From Bryobacterales bacterium (GTDB lineage Bacteria; Acidobacteriota; Terriglobia; Bryobacterales; UBA6623), in contig OZ243965.1 in the NCBI GenBank assembly GCA_965214655.1, positions 141,033-205,032 on the forward strand: a DNA stretch of 64,000 bases, written 5' to 3'. The position numbers were made by a program, and so were the translations under genes. Shown here in pieces: positions 17,253 through 27,156 of the stretch (positions are counted from its first letter, which is position 1; the number at the start of each line of letters is the position of its first letter). The notes beneath the pieces were generated by a model that worked only from the letters and a program-made list of their open reading frames with translations, was not told where the DNA came from and did not search any database.

Positions 17253-18965
17253 TCAGCCCCAGCGCCCCTTTTTCCCTTCCGCGGCGATGTAGTCCGCCGC
17301 GCGGGCGGTGATCGCAATCATGGTCAGGGTCGGGTTCTGGCAGCCGATCGAGGCCCAGGCCGCGCCGTCGCCGACGAAAACGTTGTCGATCGCATGCGAC
17401 TGCGCCTGAGTGTTAAGCACGGATTTCTTGGGGTCTTTGCCCATGCGCGCGGCGCCGACTTCGTGGATGCAGAATCCGCCTACCGAATACTCGCCGGTGA
17501 GGCGGACGTTCTTGTGGCCCGTCGCCTCCAGCATTTCGGCCGCCTGCACGCGCGCGTCGTTCCACAGCGCCTTGTCGTTTTCGCTCCAGTCGAAATGAAT
17601 GTCGAGCGTGGGAATGCCCCAGGCGTCGCGTTTCTCCCGGTTGAGCGCGACATGGTTTTCGTAGCGGGGCAGGCATTCGCACCAGGCGCCGAAACCCGCC
17701 CACCATTGGCCCTCCTCGCGCACGGCGCGCTTGAAGTCTGCGCCGAAGCCCTTGGCGCCGAAGTTGAAGCCGGGCCCGCTGCGGCCCTGGTAGCCGTAGC
17801 CGCGGATCATGCCGTTCGTTTCGGCGCGGTCGATGTTGCGGAATCGGGGAATGTACATGCCGTTCGGCCGGAGCGGCATGCCGGCCCAGGGCTTGGCTTC
17901 GAGCTCGGGCATCTCGCCGGCCGCGCCGCCGCGGTAGATATGGTCCATCAGGTAATGTCCGAGCACGCCGCTCGTATTGAAATCGAGACCCTCGTCGGCG
18001 GAAAGCATCAGCAAGCGGGTGGATTCCAGCGTCGACGCGCAGAGCATGACGACTTTCCCGCGGACTTCGCGGGAAACGCGGCTCGTGCGGTCGATGTAAG
18101 CCACGCCGGACGCCCTTCCCGTGCGCGCGTCCTTGGTCAGGCCGGCCGCGACCGCGTCGGTGAGAACCTTACACTTGCCCGTGTCGACGGCGGCTTTCAG
18201 CGTGGTGGTCGGGCTGTTGTAGTAGGAGTGCGTGATGCAGCCTTGCTCGCACGGGCCGCAGTAATGGCACGCCTGGCGGCCGTTGTGCGGCTTGGTGAGG
18301 ATCGCCGAGCGGCCGATCGTGGCGACGCGGCCCATGCGCGCCTTGAGCCGCTCACGGAAGAGGGTTTCGCCGCAGGTGAAGGGCATGGCCGGCAGGAATT
18401 CACTGTCGGGCAACTGCGGCAGACCCTCGCGCAAACCGCTGATGCCGATGTAGCGCTCGACCTTTTCATAATAGGGAACGAGCTCCTTGTACTCGATCCC
18501 CCAGTTTTCGCCGTAGCCGTCGCGGTCGGCGCACTTGAAGTCGATGTCACCCATGCGGTACGACTGCCGGCCCCACGACAGCGAACGCCCGCCGAGGACG
18601 CGCTGGCGGATCCAGTAAAAGGGTTTGCCCTCGGGAGTCTGATAGGGGTTCTTGATGTCGTCCGCCCACCACTTGTAATTCGACTCCCGGCAGGCGTAAA
18701 CCAGCCCCTGAATCGGCCGGTTGCGCATCAACTCGGGCGACTTGGGAATGCCGCCCACGAAGTTCGCGGAGTTGCCCCTGTACTTGAGTTGATACGGCAG
18801 GACGTGCTCGGTGAAGTCGGCGTCGGTGATCTTGGGGCCGGCTTCGAGCACGCAGACCTTGAGGCCGGCGGCGGTCAACTGCCAGGCGGCCACGCCGCCG
18901 GTAGCGCCGGAACCGACGATGACCACGTCGTAAAGATCGTTGTCTCTGGCAACGGTTTGCAGCAC
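17253..18965 (-). CDS. GMC-family flavoprotein oxidoreductase
   Basis: YDVVIVGSGATGG, LGGRSLSWGRQSYR, CHYCGPCEQGC, HEVGAARMG, QNPTLT. Confidence 0.92.
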   Translation of the reverse strand: MLQTVARDNDLYDVVIVGSGATGGVAAWQLTAAGLKVCVLEAGPKITDADFTEHVLPYQLKYRGNSANFVGGIPKSPELMRNRPIQGLVYACRESNYKWWADDIKNPYQTPEGKPFYWIRQRVLGGRSLSWGRQSYRMGDIDFKCADRDGYGENWGIEYKELVPYYEKVERYIGISGLREGLPQLPDSEFLPAMPFTCGETLFRERLKARMGRVATIGRSAILTKPHNGRQACHYCGPCEQGCITHSYYNSPTTTLKAAVDTGKCKVLTDAVAAGLTKDARTGRASGVAYIDRTSRVSREVRGKVVMLCASTLESTRLLMLSADEGLDFNTSGVLGHYLMDHIYRGGAAGEMPELEAKPWAGMPLRPNGMYIPRFRNIDRAETNGMIRGYGYQGRSGPGFNFGAKGFGADFKRAVREEGQWWAGFGAWCECLPRYENHVALNREKRDAWGIPTLDIHFDWSENDKALWNDARVQAAEMLEATGHKNVRLTGEYSVGGFCIHEVGAARMGKDPKKSVLNTQAQSHAIDNVFVGDGAAWASIGCQNPTLTMIAITARAADYIAAEGKKGRWG

Positions 18966-19018
18966 CCGATCAGTCTAGCAGGCGCGGCGGCGCACGCCGG
19001 CGCGCCGTTCGCCTCTAT

Positions 19019-22000
19019 TCAGAACTGCCAGCGCAGGGCGAGTTGTATCTGGCGCGGCGTGGCGGCGGTTTGCGTGATGCGGCCGGCGCTGCCGATGCGC
19101 CCGCCGCCGCTGGTGAACAGCGCGCGGCCCGAGGGAACCTGAAAGTTGGGGTGATTGGTCACGTTGAACATTTCGCCGCGCAGCTTGACCGCATGCCGTT
19201 CGTTCGCCCAGAGCGTCTTGTGCACGGCCAGGTCGATGAAAAAGACGCCGGGAGAGCGCAGCGCGCCGCGGCCGAGATTTCCCAAAAATCCGGCGGCGGG
19301 CAGCGCGAACGCCTGGGGGTCGAAATAACGCGCCGGATCGCCCAACACGATGTCATCGGCAGACCGGCCGGAGACCAGATCGGGGCGCTGCCCCACGTCG
19401 CCGAAGGCCGGGCGCAGGCGGGCGCGGTCGAACCCGACGCGCGGCGCGAACGGCGTGCCCGAAAGACTCTGCGCGATGGCGTGCAACTCCCAGCCGCCCA
19501 GCAGCGCGGGCAGCCGCGTCCCGTTCCATTCGCTGACGGTGTAGGAAAAGCTCGCTGCGAAAACATGCTCTTGATCGAAGTCCGAGAGGCCGCGGTTGGC
19601 GCGGTAGTCCCAGACGGTGGGCACCTGATCGCTGGCGACGAAATCGTTGAAGGTATGGTTCGAGGCTTCGTCGATGGAACGGCTCCAGGTGTATTTTCCG
19701 CGCACGTCGAGGCGGTCTGCAAACCGGGTTTGCAGGCTGAGCGTCAAGCCCTGATAGAAGGAATTGAACTGCGAGCGGCGCAGACCGATACGCGAAAAGG
19801 CGGGGTTCACCCGCGGGTTGCCCGCCGGAAAAAAAAGCCGGCCGTCGTCGAGCCGCTCGGGGACGGGCGTGTTGGCGTTGATCAACTGGCCGAGCAAATG
19901 AATGCCGCGGGCGCCGCTGTAGCCGAGGCGCAGCAGGGTCTCGCGGCTGATCTGCCGTTCGAGGTTGAGTTGCCAGCGGGCCACGTAGGGCTGATTGAGA
20001 TCGAAGTCGAGTCCGTCCATGGAACTCGACGGGTTGCGCCCGGCCGCCGCGTCGAGGATGTCGGGGAAACGCGGGCGGCCGAAAACCAGGATGCGATTGA
20101 AAAACGGCGGCGTGCGCACCCCGGCGATGGTCAACTCGCGGCTGCCCAGCAGGTCGAAGAAAATGCCCCCGCCGGCGCGGACGACGGTTTTTCCGTCTCC
20201 CAGCGGATCCCAGGCGAGAGAGGCGCGCGGGGCGAAGTTATCCTTCGACGGATTGTTCCATATGGGGCCCCCGACGGTGGTTTCGGCATCGTTGATGAAG
20301 TCCCGTAGAACGGCGATCTTCCCATCCACTTCGGACGGCGTCGAGGCGGCCTCGTAGCGCAGGCCGAGGCTGATGCTGAGACGCTCGTTGACGCGAAGCT
20401 CGTTCTGGATGTAGCCGTGGAATTGGCTGTAGCGCCAACCGCGCACCGTGTCCGACCCCGGCTGCATGACCTCGGCCACCCGCGGCGCGGCCTGCAGCAG
20501 CAGCGCCGGCGAATCGAAGGTGTACGCGCCGACCGCGCTCAGGTCGGAGCGCTGATTGAACTGCACGCGGTCGAAACCGCCGCCGGCGCGCCAAGTGCTG
20601 CGGCCCGAGGTATGCACCGTTTCTGCGCCGAATTGATAGCTGTTGAGAATGAAGCGCCGCGGCCGGGCGCGCGCCTGGAAGCCGCCCAAATCGCTGAGTC
20701 CGTTGACCGTCATCGTGCCCATGGGCAGACCCTGAACGAACGAAAGCTGAGCAGGAACGACCGTCGTGCTGTTCTCGAAGTTATCGACGCGGCTGAACGC
20801 CGCCCGCAGCGTGGAAATCGTCTCGGGCGAGTGCGCATGGCGCATCTCGCCGTGCAGAAAGTGGTCGCGGGAGTCCAGACCGAAGGTCCACAGGCGCAGC
20901 GGGTCGGGCGCGCGGTTCTCTGCGTCGTCGAACGTATAGCGCGCGGAAAGCTGCGTGGCGGCCGACAAAACGAAGTCGAGCTTGCCGGCCAGGAAGTCTT
21001 CGCCGGTTGCGCCGGACGCCTGGTTGACGAACTCCCCCGTGCCGTCGCCGAAGTCCCTGCCGTTGGGCAGAGGATACAGGGCCAGATAGGGCTTGACCGA
21101 CTCGGCTACGTCGATATCGCGGCCGGGCAGGCGTCCGAGCCGGGCTTCCGCGGTCGGCGTCGCGGGGCGGACGGTACGCGCGAGCCGCCGGCGCAGTCCT
21201 TCGTAGTTGACCAGAAAAAACGCTCTGTTCTCGACGATCGGCCCGCTGAGCAATCCGCCGAAATGGTTGCGCCGCAGCGGCGGGATGTCCGCTGCCGGCG
21301 CATCGAAAAAATTCTTGGCGTCGAGCGCGCTGTTGCGGAAATACTCGTAGAGGCTCCCGTGAAGCAAGTTCCCGCCGGAGCGCGAAACGGCGGTGAATAC
21401 CCCGCCGGCGGTGCGCCCGTACTCGGCGCTGAAAGGGTTCGTGACAAGGTGGACTTCGCGGACGGCTTCGAGACCGAGCAGATTCCCGGCGGCGCTCGCC
21501 GGAGCCGCTCCGGTAGCGTCGTTGACGGCGACGCCGTCGATCTGAAAGCTGTTCTGATTGGGGCGGGCGCCCTTCACGGAGATCTGGCCGCCGAGGCCCT
21601 GCGCCAGGCCGTTGCGGGCGGAGGCCGGAAGGGTCGCTCCGGGCTCCAGAGCGGAAAGCTCGAAAAGGTCTCGTCCGTTCAGGGGAAGCTCGCGCAGGCT
21701 CCTTTCGGGGACGAGCCCGCCCCAGTCCGCGGCGTTCGGTGAAACCAGGGGCAGTTCGGCCGTAACCGTAATGGATTCGCTGGGGACGCCGATCTGCAAG
21801 GCGAGATCGAGACGGGCCACGCGGCCGCTGACCAGGCGCACCCCGCGCCGCTCAAGCGCTTGAAAACCGGAATGCCGAGCGGTGACGCGGTACGGCCCCG
21901 GCGTCAACGCGGCGGCCACGAAGCGCCCGTCCTCGGCCGTGCGCGTAGTCCGCACGGCGCCCGTTTCGAGTTGCTCCAGCCGGACTTCGACGCCCGGAAT

Positions 22001-22105
22001 CGGTTTTTGCTGCGCGTCGCTGACCGTGCCTTCGACGGTCGCGCTCGATTGCGCCGCCATGCGGCAGACAAACACCGACAGAAAGAGAAACAAACGGCTT
22101 GTCAT
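19019..22105 (-). CDS. TonB-dependent receptor, Oar-like (carboxypeptidase-regulatory N-domain)
   Basis: GTVSD..IPGVEV, LPLNGRD, FSAEYGRTAG, YEYFRNSALDAKNFF, NFAPR..AWD, PRQIQLALRWQF. Confidence 0.92.
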   Translation of the reverse strand: MTSRLFLFLSVFVCRMAAQSSATVEGTVSDAQQKPIPGVEVRLEQLETGAVRTTRTAEDGRFVAAALTPGPYRVTARHSGFQALERRGVRLVSGRVARLDLALQIGVPSESITVTAELPLVSPNAADWGGLVPERSLRELPLNGRDLFELSALEPGATLPASARNGLAQGLGGQISVKGARPNQNSFQIDGVAVNDATGAAPASAAGNLLGLEAVREVHLVTNPFSAEYGRTAGGVFTAVSRSGGNLLHGSLYEYFRNSALDAKNFFDAPAADIPPLRRNHFGGLLSGPIVENRAFFLVNYEGLRRRLARTVRPATPTAEARLGRLPGRDIDVAESVKPYLALYPLPNGRDFGDGTGEFVNQASGATGEDFLAGKLDFVLSAATQLSARYTFDDAENRAPDPLRLWTFGLDSRDHFLHGEMRHAHSPETISTLRAAFSRVDNFENSTTVVPAQLSFVQGLPMGTMTVNGLSDLGGFQARARPRRFILNSYQFGAETVHTSGRSTWRAGGGFDRVQFNQRSDLSAVGAYTFDSPALLLQAAPRVAEVMQPGSDTVRGWRYSQFHGYIQNELRVNERLSISLGLRYEAASTPSEVDGKIAVLRDFINDAETTVGGPIWNNPSKDNFAPRASLAWDPLGDGKTVVRAGGGIFFDLLGSRELTIAGVRTPPFFNRILVFGRPRFPDILDAAAGRNPSSSMDGLDFDLNQPYVARWQLNLERQISRETLLRLGYSGARGIHLLGQLINANTPVPERLDDGRLFFPAGNPRVNPAFSRIGLRRSQFNSFYQGLTLSLQTRFADRLDVRGKYTWSRSIDEASNHTFNDFVASDQVPTVWDYRANRGLSDFDQEHVFAASFSYTVSEWNGTRLPALLGGWELHAIAQSLSGTPFAPRVGFDRARLRPAFGDVGQRPDLVSGRSADDIVLGDPARYFDPQAFALPAAGFLGNLGRGALRSPGVFFIDLAVHKTLWANERHAVKLRGEMFNVTNHPNFQVPSGRALFTSGGGRIGSAGRITQTAATPRQIQLALRWQF

Positions 22106-22235
22106 TGCGCAGCAAAGCGCTTCCGGGGAAACGGCGCTTCCTTTCTATCGTAGGCCGCCGGCGCAGCGGTTCGCCGCGCAAGGCGCGATATTTTCCCGTC
22201 TGCGCCGCGGCCGAGTTGCGCTCCGCCGACGGGGT

Positions 22236-22721
22236 TCATTCGACCCGCTTCATGGTCCATTGCCGCAGGTTGCCGTCCGCAGAATGGTCGTCGCGGTAGA
22301 TGAGCGTATCGCCTTCGATTTCAATTTCCCCGACGGTGGTGCGGCCTTCGTAGAAAGCCGACAGGGCGACAACGTTCGTGCGGGCAACCTTGGCGCCCTC
22401 GATCGTGTAGCTGTAGAATCCTGCGCCGACGGGCTGCTGGCTCATCACCTCCTCGGCGGTCATGTCGCTCATCGACTTGCTCAGCTTGGGCCGGTCCGGC
22501 CCGGCGAGAACGATCATTTCATGGCCGGCGGTGTACATGTGATACTCGCGCTGGTGGGGCTGATCCTCGCCCTTGGTCAGGTTTTGGATATCCGTGACCT
22601 GCCACAGGCCGAGCATTTGCTCGTGCAGCGAAGGCGGCTCGTCAGCGGTTTCGGCCCGCGGCGCGGAAGCGCAGGCGGACAAAAAAACAACTGCGTTCAG
22701 ACAAAGCGCAAAAACTCGCAT
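22236..22721 (-). CDS. Lipocalin-like lipoprotein
   Basis: LSAC lipobox; MLGLWQV (GxW) ... YTIEG ... WTMKRVE. Confidence 0.65.
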   Translation of the reverse strand: MRVFALCLNAVVFLSACASAPRAETADEPPSLHEQMLGLWQVTDIQNLTKGEDQPHQREYHMYTAGHEMIVLAGPDRPKLSKSMSDMTAEEVMSQQPVGAGFYSYTIEGAKVARTNVVALSAFYEGRTTVGEIEIEGDTLIYRDDHSADGNLRQWTMKRVE

Positions 22722-22832
22722 CGTTTCCCTTCCTGAGATACTGCGCTACCAAGATACTACGCCGGCCAGGCGGTCCGCCAATCCGGTATTGCAGACGGCG
22801 GCTATAATCAGGTCCTTCCCCGCCCTTCGCGC

Positions 22833-25445
22833 ATGGCTTCCCGTTCCTCCAAAACGCCTTTGATGCAGCAATACCACGCCGCGAAGCAAGAGTACCCCGA
22901 GTGCCTGCTGCTCTTTCGTCTGGGCGATTTTTTCGAGCTCTTTTACGAGGACGCGGTCATTGCCTCGCGCGACCTGCAGATCGCCCTGACCTCGCGCAGC
23001 AAGGAGAAAGGCGAACCGGTGCCCATGTGCGGCGTTCCGGCGCGCACGGTCGACAGCTACCTGGCCAAGCTGCTCGAAAAAGGCCGCCGCGTCGCCATCT
23101 GCGATCAGGTCGAAGACGCCAGGAAAGCGAAAGGACTGGTCAAGCGGGCGATCGTGCGCGTTCTCTCGCCCGGCACGACGAGCGACCCCAGCCTGCTCAA
23201 AGCGGGCGAGAACAACTATCTTGCCGCCGTCTGCAACCGCAACGGCCGCAGCGGCCTGGCCTACCTCGACGTTTCCACGGGCGAGTTCCGCATGACGGAG
23301 ATGGAGTCCGATCAGGTCGAGGAAACGCTGCGGACTCTGGGCGCCAAAGAGGTGCTGATTCCGTCCTCCGGCCCGCTGTTCGAGCCGTCGGCCCGAAGCG
23401 CGGAAAACAAACCCGGATGCGTCCGCACGGAAATCGATGGCTGGATCTTCGACTTCGATTACGCCGAGCGCGTGCTCAAGGAGTTTTACGGCCTCCATGC
23501 GCTGGACGGACTGGGCGCCGCAGGCCGGCGCAACGCCGTGTCCGCCGCGGGGGCGCTCATTCATTACCTGAAGGATACGCAGCGCTCCGCCCTCCAGCAT
23601 CTCGACCGGCCGGGGTATTTCGAGCAAAAAGACTGGATGGCGCTGGACTCGGTAACGATCCGGCATCTCGAGCTCGTCGAGCCGCTGTTCGACGGCTCGA
23701 AGAAAGCGACGCTGCTCAATGTCCTCGACCGCACGGCGACTCCGATGGGCGCGCGTCTGCTCAGGAAATGGGTCTTGCAGCCGTCGATCGAGCGCCGGGA
23801 GATCGAGCAGCGGCACGAGGCCGTCGCAGAGTTGCACGGGGCCACGATCGCCCGCGGCGAGTTGGGCCGCGAGCTCGAGCGGATGCTCGACGTCGAACGG
23901 CTCCTCGCCCGAGTGACCACCGGTTCGGCATCGCCGCGCGACCTGCTCGGACTCGGCAATTCCCTCAAATGCCTGCCCGCGCTGCGCAGCCTGACCGGCC
24001 GCTTCCGTTGCGCGCGCCTGCGCGAGCTGCGCGAGCGCATGGACGAGCTCGCCGACGTCCGCGAGCGCATCTCCAAAGCCATCTCCGAGACGCCGCCGCT
24101 GCACATCGGCGATGGGGAAGTCGTCGCGGCTGGCTTCGACGGCGAACTCGACGAGTTGCGCGAAATTCGCGGCAACAGCCGCGGTTTCATCGCCCGCATG
24201 GAGCAGCGCGAGCGCCAACAGACCGGGATCGACTCGCTGAAAGTCCGTTTCAATAACGTTTTCGGGTTCTATATCGAGGTTTCCAAAGCGAACGCCGCCA
24301 AGGTTCCCGAGCACTACGAGCGCAAGCAGACCCTGGTCAACGCGGAACGCTTCGCCACGCCCGAGCTCAAGAAGTGGGAAACGAAGGTTCTGGAAGCGGA
24401 GGAGCGGATTCTCGAAATCGAGCGGCGGATTTTCCGCGAGATCTGCGCAGCAACGGCGGCACAGGCCGGACGCATCCGCGCCGCGGCCGGAGCGGTTGGC
24501 CAACTCGACCTGCTGTGCGGTCTCGCGCGCATCGCCGCCGAGCACGATTACGTCCGCCCGCGGTTCGACTCTTCGGGAGAGATACAGATCGCCGCCGGAC
24601 GCCATCCCGTCGTCGAGCGCCTCGCCGCGCAGGAAAGCGGAGAATCATTCATTCCCAACGACGTTTTTCTGAACGAGACCGACCATCTGCTGGCGCTGAT
24701 CACCGGCCCGAACATGGGCGGCAAGTCGACCTACCTGCGGCAAACCGCCCTGATTGCAATCATGGCCCAGATGGGCTCTTTCGTTCCGGCCAGGAAAGCG
24801 CTGTTGCCGGTGATCGACCGTATTTTCACGCGCATCGGCGCCAGCGACAATCTGGCCTCGGGCCGCTCGACCTTCATGGTGGAGATGACCGAAACTTCCC
24901 AAATCCTCAACACGGCGACCCCCAACAGCCTGATCCTGCTGGACGAGATCGGCCGCGGCACATCCACTTACGACGGGTTGGCGATCGCCTGGGCCGTAGT
25001 CGAGCACATCCATTCGAAAGTGGGCGCCAAGACGCTATTCGCCACCCATTACCACGAGTTGACGGATTTGGCGGAATCGCTCGACGGCGTGTTCAACCTG
25101 CGCGTTTCCGTGCGGCAGTCCGGCGAAAAGCTGATTTTCTTGCGCCGCGTCGAGGCGGGCAACGCGGACAGAAGCTACGGCATCGAGGTAGCCCGGCTGG
25201 CCGGCCTGCCGCAGTCGGTCATCGCCCGCGCCAACGAGGTGCTGGGACTGCACGAACGCCGCGAGACCGCCTTCAGCGACGAGTTGTCGCCGCCGCCGCA
25301 AAGCGAAAACCGGCAGCAAAGCATCTTCGACTCTTCTTCCTTGCAGGGAATCGGCGAGGAACTGCGCAACCTCAACATCGACGACTTGCGGCCGATCGAA
25401 TCGCTGACCTTGCTGCACGAGTGGCAGCAACGGCTGAAGGATTAG
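22833..25445 (+). CDS. mutS: DNA mismatch repair protein MutS
   Basis: TPLMQQY, FRLGDFFELFYEDA, ITGPNMGGKSTYLRQ, STFMVEM, DEIGRGTST, FATHYHEL, SYGIEVARLAG. Confidence 0.98.
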   Translation: MASRSSKTPLMQQYHAAKQEYPECLLLFRLGDFFELFYEDAVIASRDLQIALTSRSKEKGEPVPMCGVPARTVDSYLAKLLEKGRRVAICDQVEDARKAKGLVKRAIVRVLSPGTTSDPSLLKAGENNYLAAVCNRNGRSGLAYLDVSTGEFRMTEMESDQVEETLRTLGAKEVLIPSSGPLFEPSARSAENKPGCVRTEIDGWIFDFDYAERVLKEFYGLHALDGLGAAGRRNAVSAAGALIHYLKDTQRSALQHLDRPGYFEQKDWMALDSVTIRHLELVEPLFDGSKKATLLNVLDRTATPMGARLLRKWVLQPSIERREIEQRHEAVAELHGATIARGELGRELERMLDVERLLARVTTGSASPRDLLGLGNSLKCLPALRSLTGRFRCARLRELRERMDELADVRERISKAISETPPLHIGDGEVVAAGFDGELDELREIRGNSRGFIARMEQRERQQTGIDSLKVRFNNVFGFYIEVSKANAAKVPEHYERKQTLVNAERFATPELKKWETKVLEAEERILEIERRIFREICAATAAQAGRIRAAAGAVGQLDLLCGLARIAAEHDYVRPRFDSSGEIQIAAGRHPVVERLAAQESGESFIPNDVFLNETDHLLALITGPNMGGKSTYLRQTALIAIMAQMGSFVPARKALLPVIDRIFTRIGASDNLASGRSTFMVEMTETSQILNTATPNSLILLDEIGRGTSTYDGLAIAWAVVEHIHSKVGAKTLFATHYHELTDLAESLDGVFNLRVSVRQSGEKLIFLRRVEAGNADRSYGIEVARLAGLPQSVIARANEVLGLHERRETAFSDELSPPPQSENRQQSIFDSSSLQGIGEELRNLNIDDLRPIESLTLLHEWQQRLKD

Positions 25446-25460
25446 GGGCGCCGCGGGCAG

Positions 25461-26291
25461 CTACCTCGCCGCCGGCCCGCAGGCCGCGTCCGCAAGCTCG
25501 CGGGAGCGCTGCGCCGCCGCTTCGACAGCGTCCATCAGGGCCGCGCGGACCCCGTGCAATTCCAGTTGATGCACCCCGGCGATCGTCGTGCCCGCCGGGG
25601 TGGTGACCCGATCTCGCAGCGCGGCCGGATGCAGCCCCTTGTCGCGCACCAGCTTGGCGGCGCCCAGCAGCGTCTGGCAGGCCAGCGCCTGCGCGGCGGC
25701 GGGCTGGAGTCCGCCGTTGACGCCCCCGGCGGCAAGCGCCTCGATGAGCAGGCATACGTACGCGGGGCCGCTCCCCGACAGCGCGGTAACGGCATGCATC
25801 TGCGGCTCTTCGACGCGCGCGACGGAGCCGACCGCGGCAAATATCGACTCGGCCAGCCCCATTTGCTCTTCGCTGACGTGCGCGTTGGCGCACAGCGCCG
25901 TCGCGCTTTCGCCGACGACCATCGCCAGATTGGGCATGGCGCGGACAATGGGGCGGCCGGCGCCGAGCGCGGCTTCGAGGCGCGCGATGGGCACGCCCGC
26001 GGCGACCGAGACCACAACGGCGCCCGGCGGCAAAGCGGCAGCGATGCGCGCAACCGCATCAGACACGATGTGCGGCTTGACGGCAATGACCACCAGGTCG
26101 GCGCCGGCGGCTGCGTCTTCCGCGGAGCAGGCCGCGAAGCGTTCTCCCAGCGCATGCGACAACTCCGCCAAGCGCTCGGACGATACATCGCAAGCGAGCA
26201 CGCGGGCCGCCGCGCCGGCTTTCAGCGCCCCCTCGGCCAACGCGCCCCCTAGATTGCCGACGCCGATAATGCCCAGCGAGATGTCCGCCAT
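25461..26291 (-). CDS. proC: Pyrroline-5-carboxylate reductase
   Basis: GIIGVGNLG, AVKP, SVAAGV, RAMPN, TALSGSGPAY, VTTPAGTTIAG; start ATG 26291. Confidence 0.95.
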   Translation of the reverse strand: MADISLGIIGVGNLGGALAEGALKAGAAARVLACDVSSERLAELSHALGERFAACSAEDAAAGADLVVIAVKPHIVSDAVARIAAALPPGAVVVSVAAGVPIARLEAALGAGRPIVRAMPNLAMVVGESATALCANAHVSEEQMGLAESIFAAVGSVARVEEPQMHAVTALSGSGPAYVCLLIEALAAGGVNGGLQPAAAQALACQTLLGAAKLVRDKGLHPAALRDRVTTPAGTTIAGVHQLELHGVRAALMDAVEAAAQRSRELADAACGPAAR

Positions 26292-26366
26292 TCGCCCATT
26301 GTAGCGGCGGACGATGTTGCGGACGCCGGGATTCTCTCGTCTTGCCGTCCGGCGCCGGCAGTCTTG

Positions 26367-26472
26367 CTCTCCACTCTTCACTCTCCACTCTCCACTGGGC
26401 GGCGCCGGCCGCCCACACTCTCCACTGGGCGCCGTCAGGCGCCCACACTGGCCACCGGCCGCGCAAGCGGCC
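26367..26472. repeat. Heptamer tandem repeat (CTCTCCA)n plus a 30-bp-period hairpin array
   Basis: CTCTCCA CTCTTCA CTCTCCA CTCTCCA, then units of CACTCTCCAC + GC hairpin with a tetraloop (two clear units, one degenerate). Confidence 0.8.
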
Positions 26473-26489
26473 CTGCTAGAGTAGCCTCG

Positions 26490-27146
26490 ATGCCCAAGGT
26501 CACCGCGCTCACCGACGATCTGTGCCGCTATCTGCTCAACCACAGGACGGCGGATGACGCGGTCGCGGCGGAATTGCGCGAGGAAACCCTGCGGCGGTTC
26601 GGCGCATTGGGCGTGATGATGATCTCCGAAGACGAAGGCAGCCTGCTGAGCGTGCTGGTCGGGACGCTGGCGCCGAAACTCGCGGTCGAAATCGGCACGT
26701 TCACCGGCTACAGCTCGCTCTTCATCGCGAGAGCGCTGCCGCCCGGCGGCAAGCTGCTGTGCTGCGACGTCAACGAGGAGTGGACGCGCATTGGCAAGCC
26801 GTACTGGCGACGGGCCGGCGTCGCCGATAAAATCGACCTGCGCATCGCCCCGGCGCTGGAGACGCTGCGCGGGCTGTCCGAGGCGGAGGCCGTCGACTTC
26901 GCCTTCATCGACGCCGACAAGGCCAACTACATCGCTTACTACGAGGAAATCCTCAAGCGCACGCGCCAAAACGGCCTGATCGCCGTGGACAACGTGCTGT
27001 GGCACAACTGGCTGATGGACGCCGCGGATCAAGACCCCGAAACCGTAGGCGTGCGCGAGTTCAACGACCACATCCTGGGCGACCCCCGCGTGCAAACAGC
27101 GATGCTCCACGTCGCGGACGGCGTCACCCTGATCCGCAAGCTGTAA
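26490..27146 (+). CDS. Class I SAM-dependent O-methyltransferase (caffeoyl-CoA/COMT-like, Methyltransf_3)
   Basis: EIGTFTGYSSL, DFAFIDADKANY, GLIAVDNVLW, DGVTL. Confidence 0.92.
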   Translation: MPKVTALTDDLCRYLLNHRTADDAVAAELREETLRRFGALGVMMISEDEGSLLSVLVGTLAPKLAVEIGTFTGYSSLFIARALPPGGKLLCCDVNEEWTRIGKPYWRRAGVADKIDLRIAPALETLRGLSEAEAVDFAFIDADKANYIAYYEEILKRTRQNGLIAVDNVLWHNWLMDAADQDPETVGVREFNDHILGDPRVQTAMLHVADGVTLIRKL

Positions 27147-27156
27147 GCCGCCGCGG

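Noticed and set aside
26367-26472. Possible CRISPR array
   Set aside because: The constant part is only ~11 bp, the variable parts are self-complementary and related to each other, there are only 2-3 units, and no cas genes are present.
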